This document shows, piece by piece, positions 34,623 to 43,605 of a stretch of 64,000 nucleotides of DNA. The stretch spans positions 5,425-69,424 of the forward strand of contig JAGQJZ010000002.1 of assembly GCA_020430445.1 (NCBI GenBank), given 5' to 3'. The position numbers and the translations under genes are program-made. The stretch comes from Nitrospina sp. (GTDB taxonomy: Bacteria > Nitrospinota > Nitrospinia > Nitrospinales > Nitrospinaceae). Within the stretch, counting starts at the first letter, position 1, and each line of letters opens with the position of its first letter. The notes beneath the pieces were generated by a model. The model was not told where the DNA came from, made no database searches, and was given only the letters and a program-made list of their open reading frames with translations.

Positions 34623-36234
34623 TTCCCTCTCCTCCTTCCAGCCTTGCGGTCTTGGTGGACACCTCCACGTCCATTTGAGTCTCCGTCATTAAAATTCGCG
34701 GGATGATATATTTTTCAATATCGAACGTTAACGGCGGATACTGGTACTCCTTGGTGTTTTTCAGCAAGTCCTGCAACCCCATGCGGTACCAGAGCTTCGC
34801 CTCCACCTTAAGCGGCCCCTTGAAACCGGCGGGAAGCCCAATCTGGTAAGGCACGTGATCGCTTTCCTTCGGCCGGATCGGATGCCGGGGATAGCTTGAT
34901 CCTTTCGCATCGAACAAGACGTGCCGGGTATTGGGGCTTCCGTCATCGTTGACCAGTTTCTTGATATAGACGACGGCATCCGGGTCGATCTCGCCTTTTT
35001 CCTCATCGAACCAGCCGCTGTGGTAAACCACTTTTCCCGCCGTGTCCTTCGCGACCACCTCGATCCACATGTGCCGTTGATCCAGCACGCCGGTGGGCAG
35101 GTAATGACCGGCACCGGAATTGGTGACCACCACATCCAGTTCCGCCTTTCCGCCAATCGAAGTTTTGGGCTTGATTTCAATATCGCCCGCGGATTTCAAC
35201 AGTTTGATGATGAGTTCCTGCTGTTGCTTCAGGCTGTCCAGCCATTCGTTGCTGGTGATGAACACATTACGGCCCGGCACCCAGCCGCCACGCAGCTCGA
35301 CCACTTTTCTTCCGAGTTGCTCCGCCGCGGTCAGCACGTAATTGACGCCGACAAACCGGTGCGAAACCACCCGCCTGGGCCGCTCTCCGCGTTTGAGAGC
35401 TTCAACATACTCTCCCGGATCCGGGTTCATGTGGCAATCCTGGCATTGAATGCCTTCCTCCGCGTAATCGCTCAGCCTCCATTCATCGAACGTTTCCTGC
35501 AGGTGCATCGGAAAATCGCCGTTCACCCGCGTGGGGCGGATTTCCGTGTGGCAACTGCCGCACAGCTCCGACTGCCCCATGAGGGGGTTGTGCGACTTCG
35601 CCTGCATCGCCTTGGCGTGCTCTTCCGGCGCCGCCATGATGAGGGACGGATCGAGGTACCGGTGCATCTCATTGAACTTGACCGTCAGCGCCCCGTTTCC
35701 AATCAACGGACTCGAAGCCACCGCCGTGTGACACACGATGCAGGTGGTCCCTTCTTCCAGCGCCTCGTTGGGACCGACCACCGGCAGCGGCGTTCCCTCT
35801 CCGGCGAGGATGCCCAGGGGTTCATGACAACCGTCGCACCAGCGCACCTTTTCAGTCGCCAGTTCCCCGCCGTGCTCGCTGCCCAGTTCGTTCTTGGTGA
35901 TGGTGTTTTCATACAGGACATCCGGACCGGTGACGGCGTGGATGGAGGACGCCCATTCATTGTATTCCTTCCGGTGACACTCCGCACAGAAGGTCGCGGA
36001 AGGAACGCCGCGCCAGTCGATCAGCTTGTCGGCCTCGGTTTTCCACTCCGAAGGATAAAAAGGACTGTTGTTCGTCCAGGGCATGGAATAATTCGTCAGG
36101 TCAACGGCCACATCGACCCCTGTATTTTTTTTCCAGGGAACAAACGCGGTCATTCCCGCGAACACGCCGGCGGAAATAGCCGAAACCACCAGAATCCGGA
36201 ACACGGGCCGGGTAATCGTCAGATTCAGTTTCAT
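34606..36234 (-). CDS. pentaheme c-type cytochrome with a heme-free C-terminal domain
   Basis: Five CxxCH motifs (CAECH, CDGCH, CIVCH, CGSCH, CQDCH). N-terminal signal-anchor from MKLNLTITRPVF. ATG at 36232-36234 forms an ATGA overlap with the upstream gene. Confidence 0.85.
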   Translation of the reverse strand: MKLNLTITRPVFRILVVSAISAGVFAGMTAFVPWKKNTGVDVAVDLTNYSMPWTNNSPFYPSEWKTEADKLIDWRGVPSATFCAECHRKEYNEWASSIHAVTGPDVLYENTITKNELGSEHGGELATEKVRWCDGCHEPLGILAGEGTPLPVVGPNEALEEGTTCIVCHTAVASSPLIGNGALTVKFNEMHRYLDPSLIMAAPEEHAKAMQAKSHNPLMGQSELCGSCHTEIRPTRVNGDFPMHLQETFDEWRLSDYAEEGIQCQDCHMNPDPGEYVEALKRGERPRRVVSHRFVGVNYVLTAAEQLGRKVVELRGGWVPGRNVFITSNEWLDSLKQQQELIIKLLKSAGDIEIKPKTSIGGKAELDVVVTNSGAGHYLPTGVLDQRHMWIEVVAKDTAGKVVYHSGWFDEEKGEIDPDAVVYIKKLVNDDGSPNTRHVLFDAKGSSYPRHPIRPKESDHVPYQIGLPAGFKGPLKVEAKLWYRMGLQDLLKNTKEYQYPPLTFDIEKYIIPRILMTETQMDVEVSTKTARLEGGEGNEHYN

Positions 36235-36788
36235 GATCTCTGCCCCCCTTTCCGCACCAGCCAGAGCATGTGGACAAAAATCACCGGCACCAGAATCACG
36301 CTGGCCCAGAAATGAATCCCGAGCAGCGTCTGACTGGTGTAGTACCCCTGCATCCACACCTTCCCGGTATAAAACATCAGGCCGGGCACGGCGATAACGA
36401 TTCCGGTAACGAAGATCGCCAGAAACGCCCAGGTCAGGAAATACCCCAACTGGCGCTGCCGGAAGCGCTGGTTTTCCTCATCCGTCTCCCGTCTCAGTTT
36501 CCAGGGCGTGAGCAGCCACCACCATTTTTGTTCCTGATCCTTCATATGAAGGAAAAAAAACACCACGAACAGAAACAGGGTCATGATCCCGCCCGCCAGA
36601 TGGAGGACCAGAACGGTCTGGGAAGCGTTCCAGTTAATATCGCGCGGAACAAAGTAATACCAGAAACCGCTCACCAGGGTGACTGCAAAGGCAATGGAAA
36701 ACCCGTACAGCATGGACATGCGGTTCTGGTAGCCCTCGGTTTTCTTTTCAACCGGGTCCTCCGCGATCGTCAGCTTGAAAAAGCTCAT
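36231..36788 (-). CDS. four-TM membrane protein, cytochrome b-like candidate redox partner
   Basis: 185 aa. Four hydrophobic helices carrying conserved-looking His residues (LVLHLAGG, FFFLHM, LGIHFWAS, IFVHMLW). GGAG RBS. ATGA overlap with the cytochrome c gene. Family assignment is inferred only. Confidence 0.6.
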   Translation of the reverse strand: MSFFKLTIAEDPVEKKTEGYQNRMSMLYGFSIAFAVTLVSGFWYYFVPRDINWNASQTVLVLHLAGGIMTLFLFVVFFFLHMKDQEQKWWWLLTPWKLRRETDEENQRFRQRQLGYFLTWAFLAIFVTGIVIAVPGLMFYTGKVWMQGYYTSQTLLGIHFWASVILVPVIFVHMLWLVRKGGQRS

Positions 36789-36917
36789 TTATAGTGCTCC
36801 TTATCAGATGTTGACTTGCAGAAAAAGGGCGGGGGCTTCTTCACCTCGCTCTGTTTTCCGTGCTTTTAAGACACATCAAAACTTCCCGGATGGTTGCGCG
36901 TGAAAATATCAAGGCAG

Positions 36918-36946
36918 AAAAAAGGCGGGGACACACTCACCGCGCC
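36918..36946 (-). terminator. candidate terminator after the FTR1 permease gene
   Basis: Minus strand reads GGCGCGG-N9-CCCCGCC (one mismatch) followed by UUUUUU, 65 nt after the FTR1 stop. Confidence 0.4.
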
Positions 36947-37010
36947 ACGATCTTCATGCGTTTCCAACACGTCAAGCCTTTCCGAAAAGGAGGAATAACC
37001 ACTTTGATGA

Positions 37011-38249
37011 TCACTCGACTTCACTCTTCAAAAGTTCCTTCTTTAAAACCAGGGATGATTTGTTTTCCATCTTCATCCAGCACCAGGCGCCCCCCAGGAT
37101 GACCAGGATCAAAAATTGCCCCAGCAGCGTCTCCAGGGTCGGGAAAATTCCCAGCCAGTTCACCTGGGGCCAGCCCGGAAGCGGCGTGGAAGGAACCACC
37201 CCGCTGACCTGCAACTCCAGCAATCCCTGACCGGTGAAGATCAAAGCCATCACAAACAGCAGGAACGCCGTACAGGTAAAAAACAAACCGATGGGCAAAC
37301 GGATCGACGCCACACGAACCAGATAATAAGCTCCGGCCAGGGCGACACACGCCATTCCCATCCCTACCCAGACGGCATTCAGGTTGCCGGACGCTCCGCT
37401 GACCAGCGCCTGGTAAAACAGAATCGTCTCCGCTCCTTCCCGGTAAACCGCCAGAAAGGCGACAGCGCCCAGGGCAAACAAACTGCCCCGGCTGATGGCT
37501 CTATTCATCTGATCCCGTATAAAAACCTGCCACCGGTCCGAACCGCTTTTCGTGTACAACCAGTAGCCGACGTAAAGTAAAACCGCCGCCGCGAGCAGCA
37601 GGGTGAACCCTTCCAGAGATTCGCGGCTGGCGCCGCTCACCGCGATCACGCTGTTCAGAATCCAGGCGGTGGCGATGCTGGCGACGAGCGCCAGCCCCAC
37701 TCCCTGCCAGATCACGGCCACCTTTTCCCCATTGCCCGACCGGCGCAGATAAGCGACCAGAGCCGCGACCACCAGAATCGCCTCCACCCCTTCCCGCGCC
37801 AGAATCAAAAACGACTGCACCGCCAGGCCCCAGAACCCCTGCGGTTCCCCGCCGGTGGAATAACGCTCCACCGCCGACCTCAGGTCCTTTTTCAACTTGC
37901 CCCAGTTATCACGAAGAGTCGCGGGGTCTCCGCCTTCCATGCTGAGGTTGATCATCTGGCTGAAACCAAACTCGATCTGTTGTTTCAGTCCCGAATCCTG
38001 CAAACCGAGATTGAACTCCATCCCGCTGCTTTCAAACACGTCGAAATAAAGGCGGGAGAATCCATTGCCCGTGATCACCGCAGTCTGCGGCGAATACTGC
38101 TTCAACAATTCGTCGCCGCCCTTGACGATCTGCGCCACCACGGCGCCGTAATTTTTTCCGTCCTGCGCGTCTTCAGCAAACACCGGCGGGGCGAAAAACA
38201 AAATGAGGAGGCAAATCCATCCGTAAAATTTCAATCCACCTGTTTTCAT
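37011..38249 (-). CDS. FTR1/EfeU-family iron permease with N-terminal periplasmic extension
   Basis: 412 aa. Signal peptide, about 150-aa soluble region, then a polytopic domain with two REXXE motifs (REGVEA, REGAET). Confidence 0.85.
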   Translation of the reverse strand: MKTGGLKFYGWICLLILFFAPPVFAEDAQDGKNYGAVVAQIVKGGDELLKQYSPQTAVITGNGFSRLYFDVFESSGMEFNLGLQDSGLKQQIEFGFSQMINLSMEGGDPATLRDNWGKLKKDLRSAVERYSTGGEPQGFWGLAVQSFLILAREGVEAILVVAALVAYLRRSGNGEKVAVIWQGVGLALVASIATAWILNSVIAVSGASRESLEGFTLLLAAAVLLYVGYWLYTKSGSDRWQVFIRDQMNRAISRGSLFALGAVAFLAVYREGAETILFYQALVSGASGNLNAVWVGMGMACVALAGAYYLVRVASIRLPIGLFFTCTAFLLFVMALIFTGQGLLELQVSGVVPSTPLPGWPQVNWLGIFPTLETLLGQFLILVILGGAWCWMKMENKSSLVLKKELLKSEVE

Positions 38250-38267
38250 AAGCGCCTCTATTTCCTG

Positions 38268-40361
38268 TCAGATCATGGATGTAAACCGTTTCACCTGCCG
38301 TTCGAGCAGCAGGACCGATTCCCGGGATCGCTCCCGGCCGTACCGGATTTCGATATAACGTTCGGTGATGTCGCTGACACCTGCGGCGAACTCGGGCCGC
38401 TCCATCTCTATTCGCCGGCAAAAATCGCGCGGACATTCATAAGGCTTTTTCTCCAGACCCGTTTTCGCCAACCGCTCGCAGAATCCGCCGTAGGCCCGCA
38501 GCACGGGGTCCATGGCCCTGCGCGTCCGCCACCACCACAAGGCGAGGTACAGTCCGGCCAGAACCATCAATCCGGCAAGCGTGGTCAAAAGCAGGCCGAC
38601 CCAGTCGGTTTTCTTCACGCCCACGCCTTTGAGCAGCTCCACCTGGCGGTCCGGGTCGTACTGAATCACCCATTTCTGCACGCCGCCAAAGAGCCCGGCC
38701 CAGGAAGGAGCCTGCCATCCGCTGTCCTTTTCCTGACCTGAGCGGCCCTTGGAAGACGAAGCGGCGGGCTCATCGGCGGTTTCATCCCGGCTCACCTGAA
38801 CCGCCGGGGTGGCCTCCGGCTGTTCTTCCTTCTGTTGTTCCTCCTTCGGCTTCTCCGGCGGCAGCACCACGTCCTTCGGCTCCACCCGCTGCCAGCCTTT
38901 GCTGTCCAGCCAGACTTCCAGCCAGGCGTGGGCATCCGCCTGCTTGACGATGACGAAATTGGTCAGGGCGATGATGGTGCCGCCGCGATAGCCGCTGACC
39001 AGGCGGGCCGGTATCCCCGCGGCCCGCATCAACATGGCGAAGCTCCCGGCAAGCGCCTGCGCGCCTCCGGCCTTGTCCTCGAAGAAAAACCGGTCGAGCG
39101 AATCCGGGCCGGGATTGAGGCTGCGCATCGGATTGAACTGGTAATGGTTCGCCGCCAGGTGGCGCAGGGCCTGCTGCAGCACTTCTTCCGGCTCCTTGAA
39201 TTTTTTCCGCAGTTCCCGCCCCATTTGCAGCAGGCGCGGATTGGTGCCCTGGGGCCAGGCGAGGCCCCGCTGTTTCTGTTCCTCCGTCAGTTGCTCGCCG
39301 ATCCCGTAATCCATGTAGGAGAGCATTTCCAGCTTGGGTTCACGGTCATCGATCTTTCGGATGCTGAGCAGTTGGTATTCATCCGAGATAAACGACTCGG
39401 GCGCCGGCGCGGCGGGCACATCCAGTCCGTAGAGCCAGCGTCCGCCATTGGGCATCACGCGCAACGTGTAACGCACCGGGTGCTTCGACCAGCGAAATTC
39501 CCGGTCGAGTTGTTCCTTGCTGCGGATGGCGCGCTGGAGCAGACGCCCCCGGTTGTCCCAATCGTCCGGAAGAGACCAGTTCTCTCCATCAAAATCCCAG
39601 AACACCGGTCCGCGCCAGTACAATCGGCTCTTGAAGGGGACGGTGCCCTGGAACTCCGCCACCAGCACATTGCCGTTGTCCTGACTGACCCGGTGGATAC
39701 CGCCCGGTTTGAGGACGGTGGCTTTCCCAAAATCATTCGGCCCGCGTTCGAGCATGGCCTTCACCGGCAGCCCAAAGGCCAGGCCGATATCCCACAGCGG
39801 TCCCGGGATGCGCGGAAAGGTGAGGAACAGAAGCACCATGACCGGCAGGGCCAGCACGTAGAGCAACCCGGCCCGGCGCAGGACCCGGGGGACCGACACC
39901 GGCGAATGTCCGGCGTTGATCACCAAAAGACTCGCCGTCAGCGCCAGCACCACGACAAACATGTGCAGCAGACTCAAGAGCGTTTCAAAATACAGCGCGC
40001 CCACTGCGGCCAGAATGACCGCCGCGAAGATCAACAGCAGGTAGTCCCGGCGCGTGTGGGACTCCCCCCACTTGAGAAACACAACGCCGATGAAGAAACT
40101 CAGGACCGCCTGGCCGCTGAACCAGCTGTCGAAACTGAAAACGATTCCCGCCGCGGTGGCGAGAAGCAAAAGGGCGTTGGCAATACGGCCCGCCGTTTTT
40201 TTCCGCCACGCGCCGGCGTAATGCAGCCCGCACCCCGCCAGCACAATGAGCGGCACCCAACCCGGCAGTTGCAGGAGACAGGGCAACCCCGCCAGCAGGA
40301 GCGTGGTCAGGACGATCCGGTCGCACGCGGCCGAGACATCGGCTTTCTTCGCTTCAGTCAT
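38268..40361 (-). CDS. TgpA-like transglutaminase-domain membrane protein (catalytic Cys position is Ala)
   Basis: N-terminal multi-TM DUF3488-like region. Transglutaminase core reads GGAQALAGSFAMLMRAAGIPARLVSGY...DAHAWLEVW. C-terminal TM. ATG at 40359-40361 overlaps the DUF58 stop by 8 nt. Confidence 0.85.
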   Translation of the reverse strand: MTEAKKADVSAACDRIVLTTLLLAGLPCLLQLPGWVPLIVLAGCGLHYAGAWRKKTAGRIANALLLLATAAGIVFSFDSWFSGQAVLSFFIGVVFLKWGESHTRRDYLLLIFAAVILAAVGALYFETLLSLLHMFVVVLALTASLLVINAGHSPVSVPRVLRRAGLLYVLALPVMVLLFLTFPRIPGPLWDIGLAFGLPVKAMLERGPNDFGKATVLKPGGIHRVSQDNGNVLVAEFQGTVPFKSRLYWRGPVFWDFDGENWSLPDDWDNRGRLLQRAIRSKEQLDREFRWSKHPVRYTLRVMPNGGRWLYGLDVPAAPAPESFISDEYQLLSIRKIDDREPKLEMLSYMDYGIGEQLTEEQKQRGLAWPQGTNPRLLQMGRELRKKFKEPEEVLQQALRHLAANHYQFNPMRSLNPGPDSLDRFFFEDKAGGAQALAGSFAMLMRAAGIPARLVSGYRGGTIIALTNFVIVKQADAHAWLEVWLDSKGWQRVEPKDVVLPPEKPKEEQQKEEQPEATPAVQVSRDETADEPAASSSKGRSGQEKDSGWQAPSWAGLFGGVQKWVIQYDPDRQVELLKGVGVKKTDWVGLLLTTLAGLMVLAGLYLALWWWRTRRAMDPVLRAYGGFCERLAKTGLEKKPYECPRDFCRRIEMERPEFAAGVSDITERYIEIRYGRERSRESVLLLERQVKRFTSMI

Positions 40362-41313
40362 GGCCAACCCTTGATGCGCCTTGATTCCCGTAAAGCGCCA
40401 GGGCCTTCAGGCAGGCTTGCCTGTGACTGTCGTCATTGCCGGGTTGGATGCGAGCGCCGGGCAGGTCCAACCCGTAATCCCGGCCCTGCCGGTGCGCGTC
40501 CAGAATCCAGCGGCACAGTTGTGAAATTTTGTCTTCAAGCGCAGACGCGCGCACGTCCTCCAGGCGCAAAAACAATGCCGGGGAACCTTCCGCCCCTTCG
40601 AATTCCTTGGTGTAGAGTTCACCCGTCCGCGCCCAGGCCTGCCAGGAAATACGCGACAATGGATCGCCCGGGGCATAGCGCCGCATTTCGGAAAAATTGT
40701 CGGACTCCCGCCCCAGGTGCGCCATCTCTCCTTCCAGGGACCGGGGCAACGGCTCTTCTCCTCCGGGTTTGGGAAACACCAGACACTCCGGCAGATCCTC
40801 CAGATCAAACCGTGCGCAAAACAATCCCACGGGAAACGTGCTTTTCAAATTCACGGAGACCGTCCCCAGCAGCCCGCGTACCGGCGCGGCACGCCGGACC
40901 TCCATCCGCTCCAGACTGTCGAATTCCGCTTCCCGCACCTCCGTGCTGCCCGGCGCTTCCAGCGACACGCCGAACCGTTCCCGGCCTGGAAAATTTTCGA
41001 CGCCGCTGATGTAACGGACATCCTGCCCGGCGAACACCGGCTCACATTTCCACGGTTTGAATTTCAAACCGGTCAAGTTCCACCGGGTCTGCCACCAGCC
41101 CACCAGGGCGATTCCGGACAATAAAAATGTCATGGCGAAAATCAGATTGTTGCTGAAATTCACCGACATCAAAAAACCGCAGAGCATCATCAGGAAGAAC
41201 CCGGCTCCGGCGCGCGCGACCTGCGTCTTCAGACGGCCCGTTTTTTGAGCCGCGGGATTTCCCAGAAGGCGGCCGGGTTGATTTTTTTCATCCACACCGT
41301 TCATCATGGTCAC
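40354..41313 (-). CDS. DUF58-family protein (MoxR partner)
   Basis: 319 aa. Two N-terminal TM helices, then a DUF58-like core (FSEMRRYAPGDPLSRISWQAWARTGELYTKEFE). GTGA overlap with the MoxR stop. Confidence 0.8.
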   Translation of the reverse strand: MTMMNGVDEKNQPGRLLGNPAAQKTGRLKTQVARAGAGFFLMMLCGFLMSVNFSNNLIFAMTFLLSGIALVGWWQTRWNLTGLKFKPWKCEPVFAGQDVRYISGVENFPGRERFGVSLEAPGSTEVREAEFDSLERMEVRRAAPVRGLLGTVSVNLKSTFPVGLFCARFDLEDLPECLVFPKPGGEEPLPRSLEGEMAHLGRESDNFSEMRRYAPGDPLSRISWQAWARTGELYTKEFEGAEGSPALFLRLEDVRASALEDKISQLCRWILDAHRQGRDYGLDLPGARIQPGNDDSHRQACLKALALYGNQGASRVGHD

Positions 41314-42263
41314 TCAACGGACACCGATTCGATAATGCGCTCCCCGATCTGTTGCGGGGTCATGCGTCCGCCCACCGGCATCAAGCGGTGCCCCGCAACC
41401 GAAGGCAGGACTTCCTGAATGTCTCCCGGGAGCAGCTTGTCTTCCCCATTGACCAGGGCCCAGGCCCGGGACGCCCGCAGCAGGGCGAGCCCCGCCCGCG
41501 TGGACAACCCGTTCTGAAACACCCCCGACTGCCGCGTGAAATAAAGAATGCGGTACAGATAATCCAGCACCGTGTCGGAGGCGTGCACTTCATCCACCTT
41601 CTTTTGCATCTCCAGAAGTTCAGACTGGTCCAGAACCGCCTCCAGACCTTCCAGCATTTCCCGGCGGTCCTGCCCGCGGAACAGTTCGATTTCAGAGTCG
41701 CGGTTGGGGTAGCCCATTTCGATCCGCATCAGGAACCGGTCCAGTTGGGATTCCGGCAAGGGAAAGGTGCCCTGCTGCTCGGTCGGGTTCTGGGTGGCGA
41801 TGACGAAGAAAGGCTCGGGCAGAAGACGGGTGTTGCCTTCCACGCTCACCTGCCGCTCTTCCATCCCCTCCAGCAGAGCGCTCTGTGTTTTCGGAGTGGC
41901 ACGGTTGATTTCGTCCGCCAGCAACAGGTTGGTGAAAATCGGCCCTTCATTAAAATGGAATTGGGAACTGTTTCGGTCGTAAACGGAAATCCCGAGAATA
42001 TCGCCCGGCAACAGGTCGCTTGTGAACTGGACCCGCTTGTATTCCAGACCGAGCGCCTTGCCCAGCGAATGCGCCAGAACGGTTTTACCCAGTCCCGGCA
42101 CGTCCTCAATCAAAAGATGGCCCTTGGCCAACAGACAGGTCATCGCCAGACGCAATTGCCTGGACTTGCCCAGAATGACCGAATCGAGCTGGTCAAACAG
42201 GGGCGGCAAACTTTGCGGAACTTTTTTCGTGCCGGGATTGATCGCCCTTATTTTTTCCTGCAT
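41310..42263 (-). CDS. MoxR-family AAA+ ATPase
   Basis: 317 aa. Walker A GLGKT, LLADEINRATPKTQSALLEGMEE, and VIATQNP sensor region. Confidence 0.92.
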   Translation of the reverse strand: MQEKIRAINPGTKKVPQSLPPLFDQLDSVILGKSRQLRLAMTCLLAKGHLLIEDVPGLGKTVLAHSLGKALGLEYKRVQFTSDLLPGDILGISVYDRNSSQFHFNEGPIFTNLLLADEINRATPKTQSALLEGMEERQVSVEGNTRLLPEPFFVIATQNPTEQQGTFPLPESQLDRFLMRIEMGYPNRDSEIELFRGQDRREMLEGLEAVLDQSELLEMQKKVDEVHASDTVLDYLYRILYFTRQSGVFQNGLSTRAGLALLRASRAWALVNGEDKLLPGDIQEVLPSVAGHRLMPVGGRMTPQQIGERIIESVSVE

Positions 42264-42288
42264 CCTTCACCTACCAAAGTGAAAAGCC

Positions 42289-42318
42289 GGGTCCCCGCCC
42301 GCGCAGGGGCGGGGACCC
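42289..42318 (-). terminator. GC-rich hairpin after the outer-membrane channel gene
   Basis: GGGTCCCCGCCC-N6-GGGCGGGGACCC, a 12-bp perfect stem. On the minus strand it is followed by GGCUUUUCACUUU. Confidence 0.5.
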
Positions 42319-42331
42319 TGTTAATAAAATT

Positions 42332-43186
42332 TCAGAACCTCCTTGTGACCCCAAAAAACGTTCCAAAATCTTCCGCCGCATCGTTCATGCCGGTGCGAAA
42401 CCCCACGTCGAACTGGGTTTCCGGATCCCAGAGATAAGTCAGGCCATAACTGGCCAAAGCCCGGTAATCCGTTTCCGCGCCGCCCACGCCGACGTATTCC
42501 AGATAGAACGACAGGTCTCCGATGAGGTCCCGGCCAAACACGATACTGTGGAGCACTTCAACATCATGGTCGTTTTCGGTATCGTCGTAGACCACATCGA
42601 CTTCCGCCTGCGCCCCCATCCCCCAACCGTTACCCAGGTCGAGCATGAAAGGCATGATGACGCCGCCCTCGACTTCATCGTTGCTGAGCGCGCCGCCGAC
42701 GGGAATTTTTATATAGGGGATCACGCCAAGCGCATGATCGCCGCCGTCATTGCCCCACAGGTTGTATTTGAGACGGATCTGGACATCGCCGAAACCGTCG
42801 GCAAAAGAGTCCGGACCCGCGCTGTCGCGGACGTCTTCCGTGGTGTAAGCGGAGAACACAAACTGGAGATCCGTCCGGGTGTCCAGTCCCACCTTGAGAT
42901 TGGTCTGCAAGGCCTGGAGACCTTCCGTTTCGACGCCCCCTTCGTCATCAATGCTGTAATCGAGCCAACTGAGTTCCACCTGCCACCGGCCGGCGGGTAC
43001 GGAAATCGGGCTCTCCGTGATGTCCGGACGGTCGGAAGACATCTCGCGCATCTCGGCGTCCGGTGTTGGATTTAGTATGGAATAGCTTTCGGCAGACACG
43101 CCGGAGGGAAAAAAAGTGAGGCTTGCTATCGAAACAACGGAGAAAAATCGAAACGCTTTGGGAAACCGCTTCTGAACAGATTTCAT
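42332..43186 (-). CDS. outer-membrane beta-barrel of the MetA-pathway (Phenol_MetA_deg-like) transporter family
   Basis: 284 aa. Signal peptide, SDRPDITESPISVPAGRWQVE motif typical of that family, terminal Phe. Confidence 0.7.
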   Translation of the reverse strand: MKSVQKRFPKAFRFFSVVSIASLTFFPSGVSAESYSILNPTPDAEMREMSSDRPDITESPISVPAGRWQVELSWLDYSIDDEGGVETEGLQALQTNLKVGLDTRTDLQFVFSAYTTEDVRDSAGPDSFADGFGDVQIRLKYNLWGNDGGDHALGVIPYIKIPVGGALSNDEVEGGVIMPFMLDLGNGWGMGAQAEVDVVYDDTENDHDVEVLHSIVFGRDLIGDLSFYLEYVGVGGAETDYRALASYGLTYLWDPETQFDVGFRTGMNDAAEDFGTFFGVTRRF

Positions 43187-43407
43187 AATTGTTACCTAAG
43201 GCGAAGGTCAATATTTAAGAGTTCGAAATCAATCCCAATCCGGCTCTGCCGCCGGCATTGCAATCACGAATTGATTTTTGATGAAACCCTTAACCGATCC
43301 ACATCCTGAACCTGACAGGCATGCTCTTGAACCTGTTGGGAAACCTCCCGAGACCCAACGAAAAACGGTTAATAAAAAGTTTTGACCTTCACCCAGAACG
43401 ACGGACC

Positions 43408-43605
43408 TTAATTGGAAACAGATCCGCCGGAAGGTGGAAATTTCACGACTCCCTCTTCTTCTTTGGTACTGGAAAAGACTTGCAGAAAACCGCATCGAGG
43501 ACACTTGATCTCGATGAGACGCACCTGTCCCTCCATTAAAAGGCGCCCACATCGGCGGCATCGAATTTGTTTTGTGGATTCCGGTTCCAAAGAAAAAGCC
43601 CCCAC
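43408..43605 (-). CDS. Com-like zinc-finger protein (phage Mu Com family)
   Basis: 65 aa. IRCRRCGRLLMEGQVRLIEIKCPRCGFL parallels Mu Com IRCKNCNKLL...IEIRCPRCKR. Confidence 0.6.
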   Translation of the reverse strand: MGAFSLEPESTKQIRCRRCGRLLMEGQVRLIEIKCPRCGFLQVFSSTKEEEGVVKFPPSGGSVSN

